In this document: one piece after another, positions 12,775-25,700 of the stretch
Numbering within the stretch: position 1 is the first letter of the stretch
How the letters are laid out: every line of letters starts with the position of its first letter
Assembly: GCA_040954595.2 (NCBI GenBank)
Contig: CM082593.2
Location: 11,483,477-11,547,476, forward strand
Direction of reading: 5' to 3'
Origin: Balanoglossus misakiensis
Lineage: Eukaryota; Animalia; Hemichordata
DNA: 64,000 nucleotides
The notes under the pieces: model-generated
Database searches by the model: none
What the model was told of the DNA's origin: nothing
What the model saw: the letters and a program-made list of their open reading frames with translations, nothing else
Made by a program: the position numbers and the translations under genes

Positions 12775-13432
12775 TGTAAGTGCAGTCCTCCCTGATTGGA
12801 TGGCTGTGTGTGCAGGTGCACATGCACATAGTGGTTATCCAATATGCAAATTTCCTTTTCACTATAAATTGGCACCTCGCCAGTGTGCAAGTTTTCATTT
12901 CATCGTCAGGCCTTCTAGGCTACATGTTTGTGACCACTGCACTGCATGCTTTTTGAGCCCCTAAAAGCGTCACCATCTGAGGTAAGGGTTACCTGTTTTA
13001 TTTAGCGATACAGAGCGGTCTTTCAACAGAAGCAGCGACTATCCAGGACGCAGACTACTTCATTTATAAACCATTAATTTTGAGCGATTGAGTAGAATTG
13101 ATTTGAATTTACTTACCTGTAAACGCTGTATTTTTGGAATTTGCTTTGTAATTGAGTTTGAACTTCTGTATCGGCATTTTACATTTACCTTTGAATACTT
13201 ACTTGAATTTATTTCGTCTATGTATTTGTTTATACAGAACCGTGTTGTACCCGTGTTATACCAGTGTTATACCAGTATTAGAACCGTGTTATTACGTCGT
13301 GCACGGTCTATTTTGTATGCACCGAACAGTTTGCTCCTCGTAGAGAGTAAAATAAAAGGGGAATTTTTATACAACACGAGTGTCCAGAGTGTGTACTCTA
13401 GGGGCCCATGCAAGTAGGAATTGGATCCTACA
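12775..13432 (+). repeat. Putative 5' LTR of the BEL/Pao element
   Basis: TGT...ACA ends, TATA-like CTATAAAT at ~12862 and AATAAA at ~13351. The right boundary is inferred from CCTACA because there is no second LTR to align. Confidence 0.6.
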
Positions 13433-13498
13433 TAGTTCTCAGATGACGTTGGACTGAAACCTGGTGTAACCGTGTACTAGCAGATACATTAGAAAGTC

Positions 13499-16400
13499 AT
13501 GGCAACTGGAAACGACGAGATGTTCCACGTTCCAGCAGCACCAGGCCCTGTCTCCGTCAAGAGTAGCAGTTCATCAAAAACAGCTAGCTCAACAAGAGAA
13601 GAAAAAGCCGGTAAGCCGATTGAATTAGTTCTCAAATTAAGGAGATCAATTATCGCTTACCGCGGCCATATGACACGTATTTACATGGATGTAGAGACCA
13701 TGTTAATGTCGTCGCCTGACTACCAAGCAGTTACCAAAAAGAAAGAAGACTTGGATAGGATTTTTACTTCATATACAAATACTTGTTATGAATATCAGAA
13801 ACATCTTTCAAGGTCCGAACAAGAAAGTGTACGACTTGAACACGAATCTGAAGTTAACAGAAAAGAGTGTCTGGAACAACGCCTGAAGAACTGGATTTCG
13901 TCTCATCGAATCACGATAACAACTCCGTCACGTGGGTTGGAGCCAGAAGTGCCACCAGCTTCACAAGAGGATGATGTCAACGGTTCAGCGGCTTCCAAAA
14001 ATTCACGTCACTCTACCAAGGACCAGGTAAAATCTGTAAAAAAGAAATCACATAGTCAAACGTCTTAGGGAAATGGTAACCGGCAGACAAGTAATATATG
14101 TTCTTTATCGAGTTCAAAGGCAAGTCGAGCTTCAAGAATTGCAAGAAGGAAGATATTGGAAACCCAGCTTGAACTTGAAAAGATACAGCAAGAAGAAGAA
14201 GCCAAAGCCAAGCTTCGTGATCTGCGACTTCGAGAAGAAGAAATAAAGATGCAGTCAACATTGAAGATTCTAGACGTTCAACAGAAGTTAAAACAGGCTG
14301 AAATGGAGGCTGAATTAGCAGAAGAGGGAACTTCGTTTCATTCCAAAGAATATTTTGTTGATACAAGTGAAGCAAGGATGACCAGTCCAAGTGAGAAGAT
14401 TGACAGGTATTTCCAGTCTTTTCAAGATTATCACCCCCATGTATTGTCGAGTGGTCCCCCAGTAGAAGTTTCCCAGTTCAACACAACAACAACTTTGCTT
14501 AAAGAGAGACCGCTGTCCGAAAATGTGAAACAGTTGGAGGGCAATGTGGCAGCATTAAATCCGAATGCACCAGAATGGCAGCCCGTGGACCACAATATTG
14601 GGGAACAACTTTATAGAAATGAACCAAGTCCATTGCGGGATGGGCAACACGAAATCCTACAGAGTATGATAAGACAACAGAGTGAAGCCAGGCAAGCACT
14701 TGTAACTAGTTTGAATTTGCCGAAGCGGGAATTCCTATCGTTTAATGGTGACCCAGTAGTGTACCCCACGTTCACCAGAAATTTTGAGATAAACATTGTA
14801 AAGGGAACAACCGATGATGGCACTAGATTGGCTTATCTCATCCAATACTGCACTGGACCAGCCAAAGAAGCAATCAAGAACTGTGTGATTCTACCTCCAG
14901 AACAAGGTTACACTGAAGCAAGGAAAATATTATACCAGAATTTCGGCCAGAAACACACGATCGTCCATGCAACCATAGACAAAGTCGTCAAGGGACCACA
15001 GATCAAGGCCACGGACACATCAAAGTTGCTACAGTTGGCATGTGACATGAATAATTGTCATATGTGTTCCAGCCAAATGAAATACACCGCTGATCTGAAC
15101 TCCATGGATACATTGGAGAAGATAGTGAGACGCCTACCTACATTTCTACAAGCAGATTGGGCAAAAGAAGCTGGAAGAATGATTTACTCCGGTATTGAAC
15201 CAGAATTCATCCATCTGACAGCGTTTTTGGAGAAGCGAGCAGCCTTGGCCAATACAAGATTCGGGATGTTGGTTGGATCAAAACCAGAACCAGAGAGAGA
15301 CGTAAAGTCCAGGGTCAAACAATTCACCAAGGCTACTACTTTGACCACACAAGTAAGTCATGAAATGTACGGCAAGACGCAAGACAAACCCTACTGCCAA
15401 TCCAAGAGAGAAATTAGATGTCTTTTCTGCCAAGGACAACACCAACTGCAGAGATGCCGGAAGTTTGCCAGGAAGTCGTTCATGGAGAAGAAAACGTTTG
15501 TGCGAAAACAGAACCTCTGTGATTGTTGTCTGGAAGCAACCCCTCGACACTTCGCTAAAAACTGCAAAAGTGGATTGTTTTGTCCAGTAACTGACTGTGG
15601 AAGACTTCACCACCCATTACTACACCCAGTATCGTCACATCCTAGCCAGTCGTCAAATGAAGTGTATCCCAGTGGAAGTGGTAGACCAGCTCCACCCACA
15701 ACACGTCTTGGGAAGAATAAAGACGAGAAAAGTGACGGGAATTCTGAAGTAACCAATGGGGCCGGTAGCACCGTTCATTGTAAAGCAACCAGGACAAACA
15801 AGCCACGTATCAGCCTACAAGTTGTACCAGTCCGAGTAAGTGGAGTGGAGGGAGGAGCAGAGATTGAAACTTATGCATTCCTGGACAATGGTTCAGACAC
15901 AACAATATGTCTCTCATCTCTAGCAGACAGACTTGGTTTGGGTGGACAACCCATTACATATACACTTTCCACACTCGATGCTGAAACGAAGAAGTATGGA
16001 CGTGAAGTTAAATTAGATGTACGAGGTGTACATAGAAATCAAAGTGTTCATCTTGATAAGGTATGGACGACGGACAAACTTCCCATAACGGCAAACAGTA
16101 TACCAACAGCAGAGGATACGAAGGAATGGTCTCATCTGAAGGATGTTGAATTACCAGAATTGCAGAACAAGGAAGTCACAATCCTGATCGGTAACGACAT
16201 TCCAGAAGCACACTGGGTCCTGGAGGAAAGACGTGCCGGGAGAAAACAACCATACGCAATCCGAACATTACTTGGATGGACGTTGATTGGGCCGATGAAA
16301 GGAAAGAAAGAAACCAACTCATCAATCAACTTTATCAATATGGACCAGATCATCGACAGTGATACTTCTATCAAAGGTATGGAGTCCATTTCATCACAAT

Positions 16401-19400
16401 TGGAAAGGATGTACAATGCCGACTTCAACGAAAATCTAGTGGATACTAAAGAATGCATGTCATTAGAAGACCGAAGGGCAAAGGCGATAAAGGATCGATC
16501 TGTCCGTCTACAAAATGGCCACTATCAGTTGAAGCTACCTTGGAAATTTGAAGAACCAGCCTTACCAAATAACAGGCATGTAGCTGAGAAACGACTCAAC
16601 CTACTCAAAAGACGTCTACTTAAAGATCCAGATCTCCATGAAAAGTACAGTACAACTATACAAGACTATATTGTACAAGGTCATGCAAAAGAAGTATCTG
16701 ATGAAAACAAAGAAGACGATAGATGGTTATGGTACCTACCTCATCATCCGGTGACGCATCCCATGAAACCAGAAAAGGTGAGAGTCGTCTTCGATTGTGC
16801 TGCCAAATGTGGAGGAACTTCACTGAACGATCAACTCCTGCAGGGTCCGGATTTGACCAATTCCTTGGTTGGAGTCTTGCTACGGTTCCGTCAGTATCCT
16901 GTTGCAGTGGTTGCTGATATCAAGCAAATGTTTCACCAAGTTCATGTCGACCCCGAAGATTGTGATGTCCTGCGATTCCTATGGTGGCCTAACGGTGACC
17001 TCACGAAGGAGCCCGTCGATCATCAAATGCTTGTTCATTTGTTTGGCGCGACATCATCACCTAGTTGTTCAGCATACGCCCTCCGGAGAACAGCTGATGA
17101 CAATAGAAGTAACTTCGACTCGGACATCATAGATGCTGTCTACAGAAATTTCTACGTGGATGATTTCTTAAAATCAGTACTTGCCGTGGACACAGCCAAG
17201 AGACTCATCACTGAAGTTTCAGCACTTTTGTCTAATGGTGGATTTCATCTGACCAAATGGATTTCTAATTGCACAGAAGTATTGTCCTCCATCCCGTCAG
17301 AAGAAAGGGCGCCATCTGTGATGAATTTAGACCTGGAAGACTTACCAGTTGACAGAGCTCTTGGTGTACAATGGGACATTCAAGAAGATACTATGAGCTT
17401 CAGAGTTGGCAAGGAAAGTAAAAGTGAAACTCGAAGAGGGATTCTCTCAGTTGTAGCATCTGTGTACGACCCACTAGGATTTGTTGCACCATTTGTATTG
17501 CCGGCTAAGCACATATTACAAGAATTATGCAAAGAAGGATGTGGATGGGATGAAGCCATACCAGTGAAATATCTAGTTGTTTGGCGTGAATGGTTACAGA
17601 AGTTACCGATGTTAAAAGCCATGGTAATTCCACGGTGTTACACACCTCCAGGTTTTGGCCAGCCACAATCTATAGAAATTCATCATTTCTGCGATGCTTC
17701 AACGGAAGGATATGGGGTTGTTTCCTACCTACGGTTTATTGACAAAGGTGGTAACTTTCACTGCAGCCTCGTGACTGGCAAATCTAGAGTTGCTCCACTG
17801 AAGACCATTACAGTACCAAGATTGGAATTGACAGCAGCAACAGTGGCCGTTAAAGTCAGCAAACAGATAAAACAAGAACTTCAATTTCCTATCCATCGAG
17901 AGCGATTCTGGACAGACTCTACCATTGTTATACAATATATCTGCAGCTCAACAAGACGCTTCAAGACCTTTGTAGCCAACCGCCTACAACTAATACACGA
18001 TGCAACACTACCGTCACAATGGCATCATGTTCCTTCACAACTCAATCCAGCTGATTGTGCCTCCCGAGGTATTACCTTGAATGCCGCCAAAGCGAAGTCC
18101 AAACTGTGGTTCGAAGGTCCAGAATTTCTCTGAAAATCTGAAGGAAACTGGCCAACCCAACCTACCGACTTACCAAGAATATCGGATGAGGACAACGAAT
18201 TGAAAATGGCAAAGGTATGCGCAGTGGTAAACAGCAACCAGACAGATGACACTGATATCATCCATTCGTTAATTCACAGATTTTCGTCATGGTACAAACT
18301 TTGCAAATCTGTCGCTTGGATTTTACGATACAAGAAGTATCTCCGAGCTCGCATTGAGAATGGCGGAAATGGTAAAGTTCCGGTTGGTGCTCTAACGGTG
18401 TCAGAAGTGTCCGATGCTACCTTAGAAGTCATTACAGTCGTTCAACGGAAAGCGTTTCCTAAGGAAATATCAACACAGTTGAAGAATCCGAGCAGAAAAC
18501 CAGATTCTGAAGGATATACCAGTCCACTTTGCAGACTCAGTCCAATCTACAAAGATGGCATTATACACGTTGGTGGAAGACTAAACAACTCCCTCATAGA
18601 TGAAACCACAAAACATCCTATTATTCTACCCCATAATCATCAAGTGACCGAATTAATTGTTCAGTTTTTCCATGAGCAGGAAGGTCACGTAGGAACCACC
18701 CATGTGTTATCCAGAATCCGAAAAGAATATTGGATTTTGAGAGGCCAAGCTACTGTCAGAAGAATTCTGCGGAAATGTGTAGTGTGCAGGAGATGGAATG
18801 CAAGACCTGGAACGCAAATAATGGCGCCACTTCCAACCCCAAGAGTTACTCCAGGTGAGAGTGCATTTGCTGCAGTGGGAATCGACTTCTTTGGTCCTCT
18901 GAAAGTCAAGTGGAGAAGAGGAACGTCCAAACGATACGGATGTATATTCACCTGTCTCGCCATACGAGCTGTGCATATTGAAGTCACCCACAGTTTATCC
19001 ACAGATTCATTTATTCAGGCAGTATGGAGATTTGTCAGCAGACGTGGTCCACCAAAAACGGTATACAGTGACAACGGAACAAATTTCCGGGGAGCGGAAA
19101 CTGAAATCAAAGAAGCTCTAGCGAGTTGGAATCAAGAGAAGATAACTGATAGTCTACGCAAGAGGGATATCCAATGGTATTTCAATGCACCCGCAGCCAG
19201 TCATACTGGAGGAGTTTGGGAAAGGATGATACGTTCAGTGCGGAAAATCCTACGAGCACTCGTTGGAAACCAACTAATTGACGACGAAACTTTACTTACT
19301 GTCTTGGCGGAGGTGGAGAAGATTATCAATGATCGACCTTTCACCCGTCAATCAGATGACCCGAATGACCTTGAAGCACTGACGCCTAATAGCCTGTTAC

Positions 19401-19771
19401 TACTGAGGCCGAATCCATGCACATATCCTGCAGACACTGTCACGACCAGTACAGCTAATCACAGAAGGAACCAAGCTAATCTCATAGCGAACTCGTTTTG
19501 GAAACGATGGCTACACGAATACCTGCCTTCCCTTCAGCAGAGACAGAAGTGGTTGAAGCCCAAGAGAAATCTGACTGTTGGAGATTTGGTTATCGTGGTA
19601 GAGGAAAATATTCCAAGAGGACAGTGGTCAAAAGGACTAGTTCAGCAAACTTACCCAGATCAGTACGGCAATGTGCGCCAGGTCCTAGTGAAGACTGAAA
19701 AAGGAAGATTGCGTAGAGATGTTCGCAAACTGTGCTTGCTTGAGGAAAGTAGTACACGTATTACACCATAA
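13499..19771 (+). pseudogene. BEL/Pao gag-pol polyprotein (~2090 codons) with two in-frame stops
   Basis: ORFs 13499, 14156 and 18200 are in one frame, separated only by TAG (14066-14068) and TGA (18131-18133; GPEFL*KSEGNWP, probably TGG to TGA). Motifs: three Zn knuckles (CLFCQGQHQLQRC, CDCCLEATPRHFAKNC, CPVTDCGRLHHPLLH), protease FLDNGS, RT YLPHHPV/ADIKQMFHQV/LFGATSSP/FYVDD, RNase H HFCDAS/PRLEL/WTDS/NPAD, integrase HEQEGH..CVVC, GIDFFGP, SDNGTNF, GGVWERMI. Confidence 0.95.
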
Positions 19772-22700
19772 TTAATTAGTAATAGCATATCTGGAATTCG
19801 TAATTTAAATCACGCCGTAGGAAATCTGACTTGATCAACGTGGTCAATGTACGCCTGTTTCTGCTCTAGAGTGCCGGGGCTTCAGCTGAGCCAGGCCGTA
19901 GGAAACCCGACGTGATTACCGTTGTTAACTTACGCCAGTCTGTGTCCTATATATAGTGCCGGGGAATCAGCCGTGCCAGGCCGAAGGAAATGTGAATAGA
20001 TCAACGTGGTCTCTGTACGCGTGTTTCTGCTCTAGAGTGCCAGGGCTTTAGCCAAGCCATGCCGTAGGAAATCTGACTTGATCAACGTTGCTAACGAACG
20101 CTAGTGTCTGTCATGGTGTTCCGGGGTTTTAGTCGAGCCAGGCCGTAGGAAATCTGACTTGATCATCGTGGTCAATGTACGCGTGTTTCCGCTCTAAAGT
20201 GCCGGGGCTTCAGCTAAACCAGGCCGTAGAAAATCTGACTTGATCACCGTTGCTAACGTACGCTAGTGTCTGTCATATTGTGACGGAGATTTAACCGAGC
20301 CAGGCCGTAGAAAAATCGACTTGTTCAACGTTACCAGTGTGCAACTGTTTCTGCTCTAGAGTGTCAGGGTTTTAGCCGACTTATGCTGTAGGAAATGTGA
20401 GTTGATGAACGGGAATTCAATGTTAGAAAACCCGTGTGGAAAGTATCTCTACCCGTTTGAAACTAAGAAAAGAATTTATTCTTATTTATTTTGTAAAAAA
20501 GACAATTTTTCGAAAAAAAGTCGAAAATGGTAATTTTGTCTTGGGTGATTCAAATTATACCGCCTTTTCTGGAATTTGCAGCACTTTTTACAAGAGAACG
20601 ACACTTCATGCTCCATAATATTTCCGAAAATGAAGAAAAGAGTTAATTTTTTATTTTTTTAAAAATTTACCATTTTTTCAAAATATGGCCAAAATGGCTA
20701 TTTTTTCTTGAATTCCGTCAATATCTCTGCATTTTTGGAGAGGTCGAAAGTTTTAACATACAATCAACATGTCATATATGATCAGGGCACCAAATTCGAA
20801 GAACAAAGGTTTTTTATTTTTTTCTAAAAATGACATTTTCAAGAAAAATTTGGTAAAACGCAATTTTGTCTGCAGTGAGCCAAATTGGCCGTTTTTTTTG
20901 TGGAATTTCTATCGATATATATATATACGAAGAGCATTCTATACTCCATCAGATTTCCGAAAATGTAGAAAACAGGTATTTTTTGTAATTTTCAAAAATT
21001 TACCATTTTGACCAAATTGTGGCTAAAATTGTTATTTTCGTGTTGAATGCCGCCAGTGTCACTGCTTTTAAAAGTCATAAAAACTTTTAACATACAAGCA
21101 ATTGTTTATATATGATCAGGTCACCGAATTAAAAAAATAAAGAATGTTTTCCCTAAAAATGACCTTTTTGGTGCAAAAACGAATAAAACGCAATTTTGTA
21201 TTAAATCAGCTCATTCAGAGTGCATTTTTTATAATCAGCAAAATTTTTACATATAATGGAAATTTCATACATCATCAGATATCCAAATATGAAAAAATTA
21301 TTTAGATTTTAGATGATTGTCCAAAATTAGCTGATATCTAATAAATGTAGTATTGAACCGTTCTGTCCCCCCCCCCCCCTACATTATATGCGGTACGCCG
21401 ATGTCAGCTTACCCGGCAGTACTGAAGGCCGTGCCCCCAACTAACGTCGGTGTTTGAAACGCCCTGGTTAAATTCGGGCTCTCTCTATAAATTGACAGGC
21501 AATAATGCAGTCCTACCCGAACAAATGTCGAGTGTTGACCCGCTGTGACTTTCCCTCTTCGGTTTGCCCGACTTAGCCATCGTCTTTGTACTAGAGTGTC
21601 GGGTCTTTTGCAGAGCCAGGCCGAAAGAAATCCGACTTGATCACCGTTGCTAACGAACGCTAGTGTCTGTCATGGTGTGCCGGGGTTTTAGTCGAGCCAG
21701 GCCGTAGGAGATCTGACTTGATCATCGTGGTCAATGTACGCGTGTTTCCGCTCTAAAGTGCCGGGGCTTCAGCTAAACTAGGCCGTAGGAAATCCGACGT
21801 AATCACCGTTGATAACTTACGCCAGTCTGTGTCATATAGAGCCGGTGCACCAGCTGAGTCACGCCGTAGGAAATCTGACTTGATCAACGTGGTCAATGTA
21901 CGCATGTTTCTGCTCTAGAGTGCCGGGGCTTCAGCTGAGCCAGGCCGTAGGAAACCCGACGTGATTACCGTTGTTAACTTACGCCAGTCTGTGTCCTATA
22001 TATAGTGCCGGGGCATCAGCCGTGCCAGGCCGAAGGAAATGTGAGTAGATCAACGTGGTCTCTGTACGCGTGTTTCTGCTCTAGAGTGCCGGGGCTTTAT
22101 CCAAGCCATGCCGTAGAAAATCTGACTTGATCACCGTTGCTAACGCACGCTAGTGTCTGTCATAGTGTGCCGGGGTTTTAGTCGAGCCAAGCCGTAGGAG
22201 ATCAGACTTGATCAACGTGGTCTCTGTACGCGTGTTTCTGCTCTAGAGTGCCGGGGCTTTATCCAAGCCATGCCGTAGAAAATCTGACTTGATCACCGTT
22301 GCTAACGTACGCTAGTGTCTGTCATATTGTGACGGAGATTTAGCCGAGCCAGGCCGTAGAAAAATCGACTTATTCAACGTTACCAGTGTGCAACTGTTTC
22401 TGCTATAGTGTCAGGGTTTTAGCCGACTTATGCTGTAGGAAATCCGAGTTGATAAACGGGAATTCAATGTTAGAAAACCCGTGTGGAAAGTATCTCTACC
22501 CGTTTCAAACTAAGAAAAGAATTTATTCTTATTTATTATGTAAAAAAGACAATTTTTCGAAAAAAAGTCGAAAATGGTAATTTTGTCTTGGGTGATTCAA
22601 ATTATACCGCCTTTTCTGGAATTTGCAGCACTTTTTACAAGAGAACGACACTTCGTGCTCCAAAATATTTCCGAAAATGAAGAAAAGAGTTAATTTTTTA

Positions 22701-25700
22701 TGATTTTTTAAAAATTTACCATTTTTGTCAAAATATGGCCAAAATGACTATTTTTTCTTGAATTCCGTCAATATCTCTGCATGTTTGGAGTGGTCGAAAG
22801 TTTTAACATACAATCAACATGTCATATATGATCAGGGCACCAAATTCGAAGAACAAAGGTTTTTTTATTATTTTTTTCTAAAAATCACATTTTCAAGCAA
22901 AATTTGATAACATGCAATTTTGTCTGCAGTGAGCCAAATTAGACTGTCTTTTGTGGAATTTGTATCGATATTTACATACGAAGAGCATTCTATACTCCAT
23001 CAGATTTCCGAAAATGTAGAAAACAGGTATTTTTTGTAATTTTGAAAATTTTTCCATTTTGACCAAATTGTGGCTAAAATTGTTATTTAGGTGTTGAATG
23101 CCGCCAGTGTCACTGCTTTTAAAAGTCATAAAAACTTTTAACATACAAGCAATTGTTTATATATGATCAGGTCACCGAATTAAAAAAATAAAGAATGTTT
23201 TGCCTAAAAATGACCTTTTTGGTGCAAAAACGAATAAAACGCAATTTTGTATTAAATCAGAGTGCATTTTTTATAATCAGCACATTTTTTACATATATTG
23301 GAAATTTCATACATCATCAGATATCCAAATATGAAAAAATGATTTAGATGATTGTTCAAAATTAGCTGATATCTAATAAATGTAGTATTGAACCGTTCTG
23401 TCCCCCCCCCCCCTACATTATATGCGGTACGCCGATGTCAGCTTACCCGGCAGTACTGAAGGCCGTGCCCCCAACTAACGTCGGTGTTTGAAACGCCCTG
23501 TTAAATTCGGGCTCTCTCTATAAATTGACAGGCAATAATGCAGTCCTACCCGAACAAATGTCGAGTGTTGACCCGCTGTGACTTTCCCTCTTCGGTTTGC
23601 CCGACTTAGCCATCGTCTTTGTACTAGAGTGTCGGGTCTTTTGCAGAGCCAGGCCGAAAGAAATCCGACTTGATCACCGTTGCTAACGAACGCTAGTGTC
23701 TGTCATGGTGTGCCGGGGTTTTAGTCGAGCCAGGCCGTAGGAGATCTGACTTGATCATCGTGGTCAATGTACGCGTGTTTCCGCTCTAAAGTGCCGGGGC
23801 TTCAGCTAAACCAGGCCGTAGGAAATCCGACGTAATCACCGTTGATAACTTACGCCAGTCTGTGTCATATAGAGCCGGTGCACCAGCCGAGTCACGCCGT
23901 AGGAAATCTGACTTGATCAACGTGGTCAATGTACGCCTGTTTCTGCTCTAGAGTGCCGGGGCTTCAGCTGAGCCAGGCCGTAGGAAACCCGACGTGATTA
24001 CCGTTGTTAACTTACGCCAGTCTGTGTCCTATATATAGTGCCGGGGCATCAACCGTGCCAGGCCGAAGGAAATGTGAGTAGATCAACGTGGTCTCTGTAC
24101 GCGTGTTTCTGCTCTAGAGTGCCAGGGCTTTAGCCAAGCCATGCCGTAGGAAATTTGACTTGATCAACGTTGCTAACGAACGCTAGTGTTTGCCATAGTG
24201 TGCCGGGGTTTTAGTCGAGCCAAGCCGTAGGAGATCAGACTTGATCAACGTGGTCTCTGTACGCGTGTTTCTGCACTAGAGTGCCGGGGCTTTATCCAAG
24301 CCATGCCGTAGAAAATCTGACTTGATCACCAATGCTAACGTACGCTAGTGTCTGTCATATTGTGACGGAGATTTAGCCGAGCCAGGCCGTAGAAAAATCG
24401 ACTTGTTCAACGTTACCATTTGTGCAACTGTTTCTGCTCTAGAGTGTCAGGGTTTTAGCTGACTTATGCTGTAGGAAATCTGAGTTGATGAACGGAAATT
24501 CATTGTCAGAAAACCCGTGTGGAAAGTATCTCTACCCGTTTGAAACTAAGAAAAGAATTTATTCTTATTTATTTTGTAAAAAAGACGATATTTCGAAAAA
24601 AAGTCGAAAATGGTAGTTTTGTCTTGGGTGATTCAAATTATACCGCCTTTTCTGGAATTTGCAGCACTTTTTACAAGAGAACGACACTTCATGCTCCATA
24701 ATATTTCCGAAAATGAAGAAAAGAGTTAATTTTTTATGATTTTTTAAAAAATTACCATTTTTGTCAAAATATGGCCAAAATGGCTATTTTATCTTGAATT
24801 CCGTCAATATCTCTGCATGTTTGGAGTGGTCGAAAGTTTTAACATACAATCAACATGTCATATATGATCAGGGCACCAAATTCGAAGAACAAAGGTTTTA
24901 TTCATTTTTTTTTCTAAAAATGACATTTTCAAGGAAAATTTGGTAAAACGCAATTTTGTCTGCAGTGAGCCAAATTAGACGGTCTTTTGTGGAATTTGTA
25001 TCGATATATACATACGAAGAGCATTCTATACTCCATCAGATTTCCGAAAATGTAGAAAACATGTATTTTTTGTAATTTTCAAAAATTTACCATTTTGACC
25101 AAATTGTGGCTAAAATTGTTATTTCCGTGTTGAATGCCGCCAGTGTCACTGCTTTTAAAAGTCATAAAAACTTGTAACATACAAGCAATTGTTTATATAT
25201 GATCAGGTCACCGAATTAAAAAAATAAAGAATGTTTTGCCTAAAAATGACCTTTTTGGTGCAAAAACGAATAAAACGCAATTTTGTATTAAATCAGCTCA
25301 TTCAGAGTGCATTTTTTAGAATCAGCACCATTTTTACATCATCAGATATCAAAATATGAAAAAATGATTTAGATTTTAGATGATTGTCCAAAATTAGCTA
25401 ATATCTAATAAATGTAGTATTGAACCGTTCTGTTCCCCCCCCCCCCTACATTATATGCGGTACGCTGATGTCAGCTTACCCGGCAGTACTGCAGGCCGTG
25501 CCCCCAACTAACGTCGGTGTTTGAAACGCCCTGGTTAAATTCGGGCTTTCTCTATAAATTGACAGGCAATAATACAGTCCTACCCGAACAAATGTCGAGT
25601 GTTGACCCGCTGTGACTTTCCCTCTTCGGTTTGCCCGACTTAGCCAACGTCTTTGTACTAGAGTGTCGGTTCTTTTGCAGAGCCAGGCCGAAGGAAATCC

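Larger units (their letters stand above)
12775..19809 (+). mobile_element. BEL/Pao LTR retrotransposon, 3' LTR missing
   Basis: Begins TGTAAG immediately after satellite ...GAGCCGG and encodes gag-PR-RT-RH-IN in BEL order. Satellite resumes at 19810 (TCACGCCGTAGG), 38 bp after the stop codon. Confidence 0.95.

Noticed and set aside
13499-19771. Three separate genes, or an env-like extra ORF
   Set aside because: All three ORFs are one frame of a single BEL polyprotein. The last is the RNase H-integrase region, and overlapping antisense ORFs are shadows.
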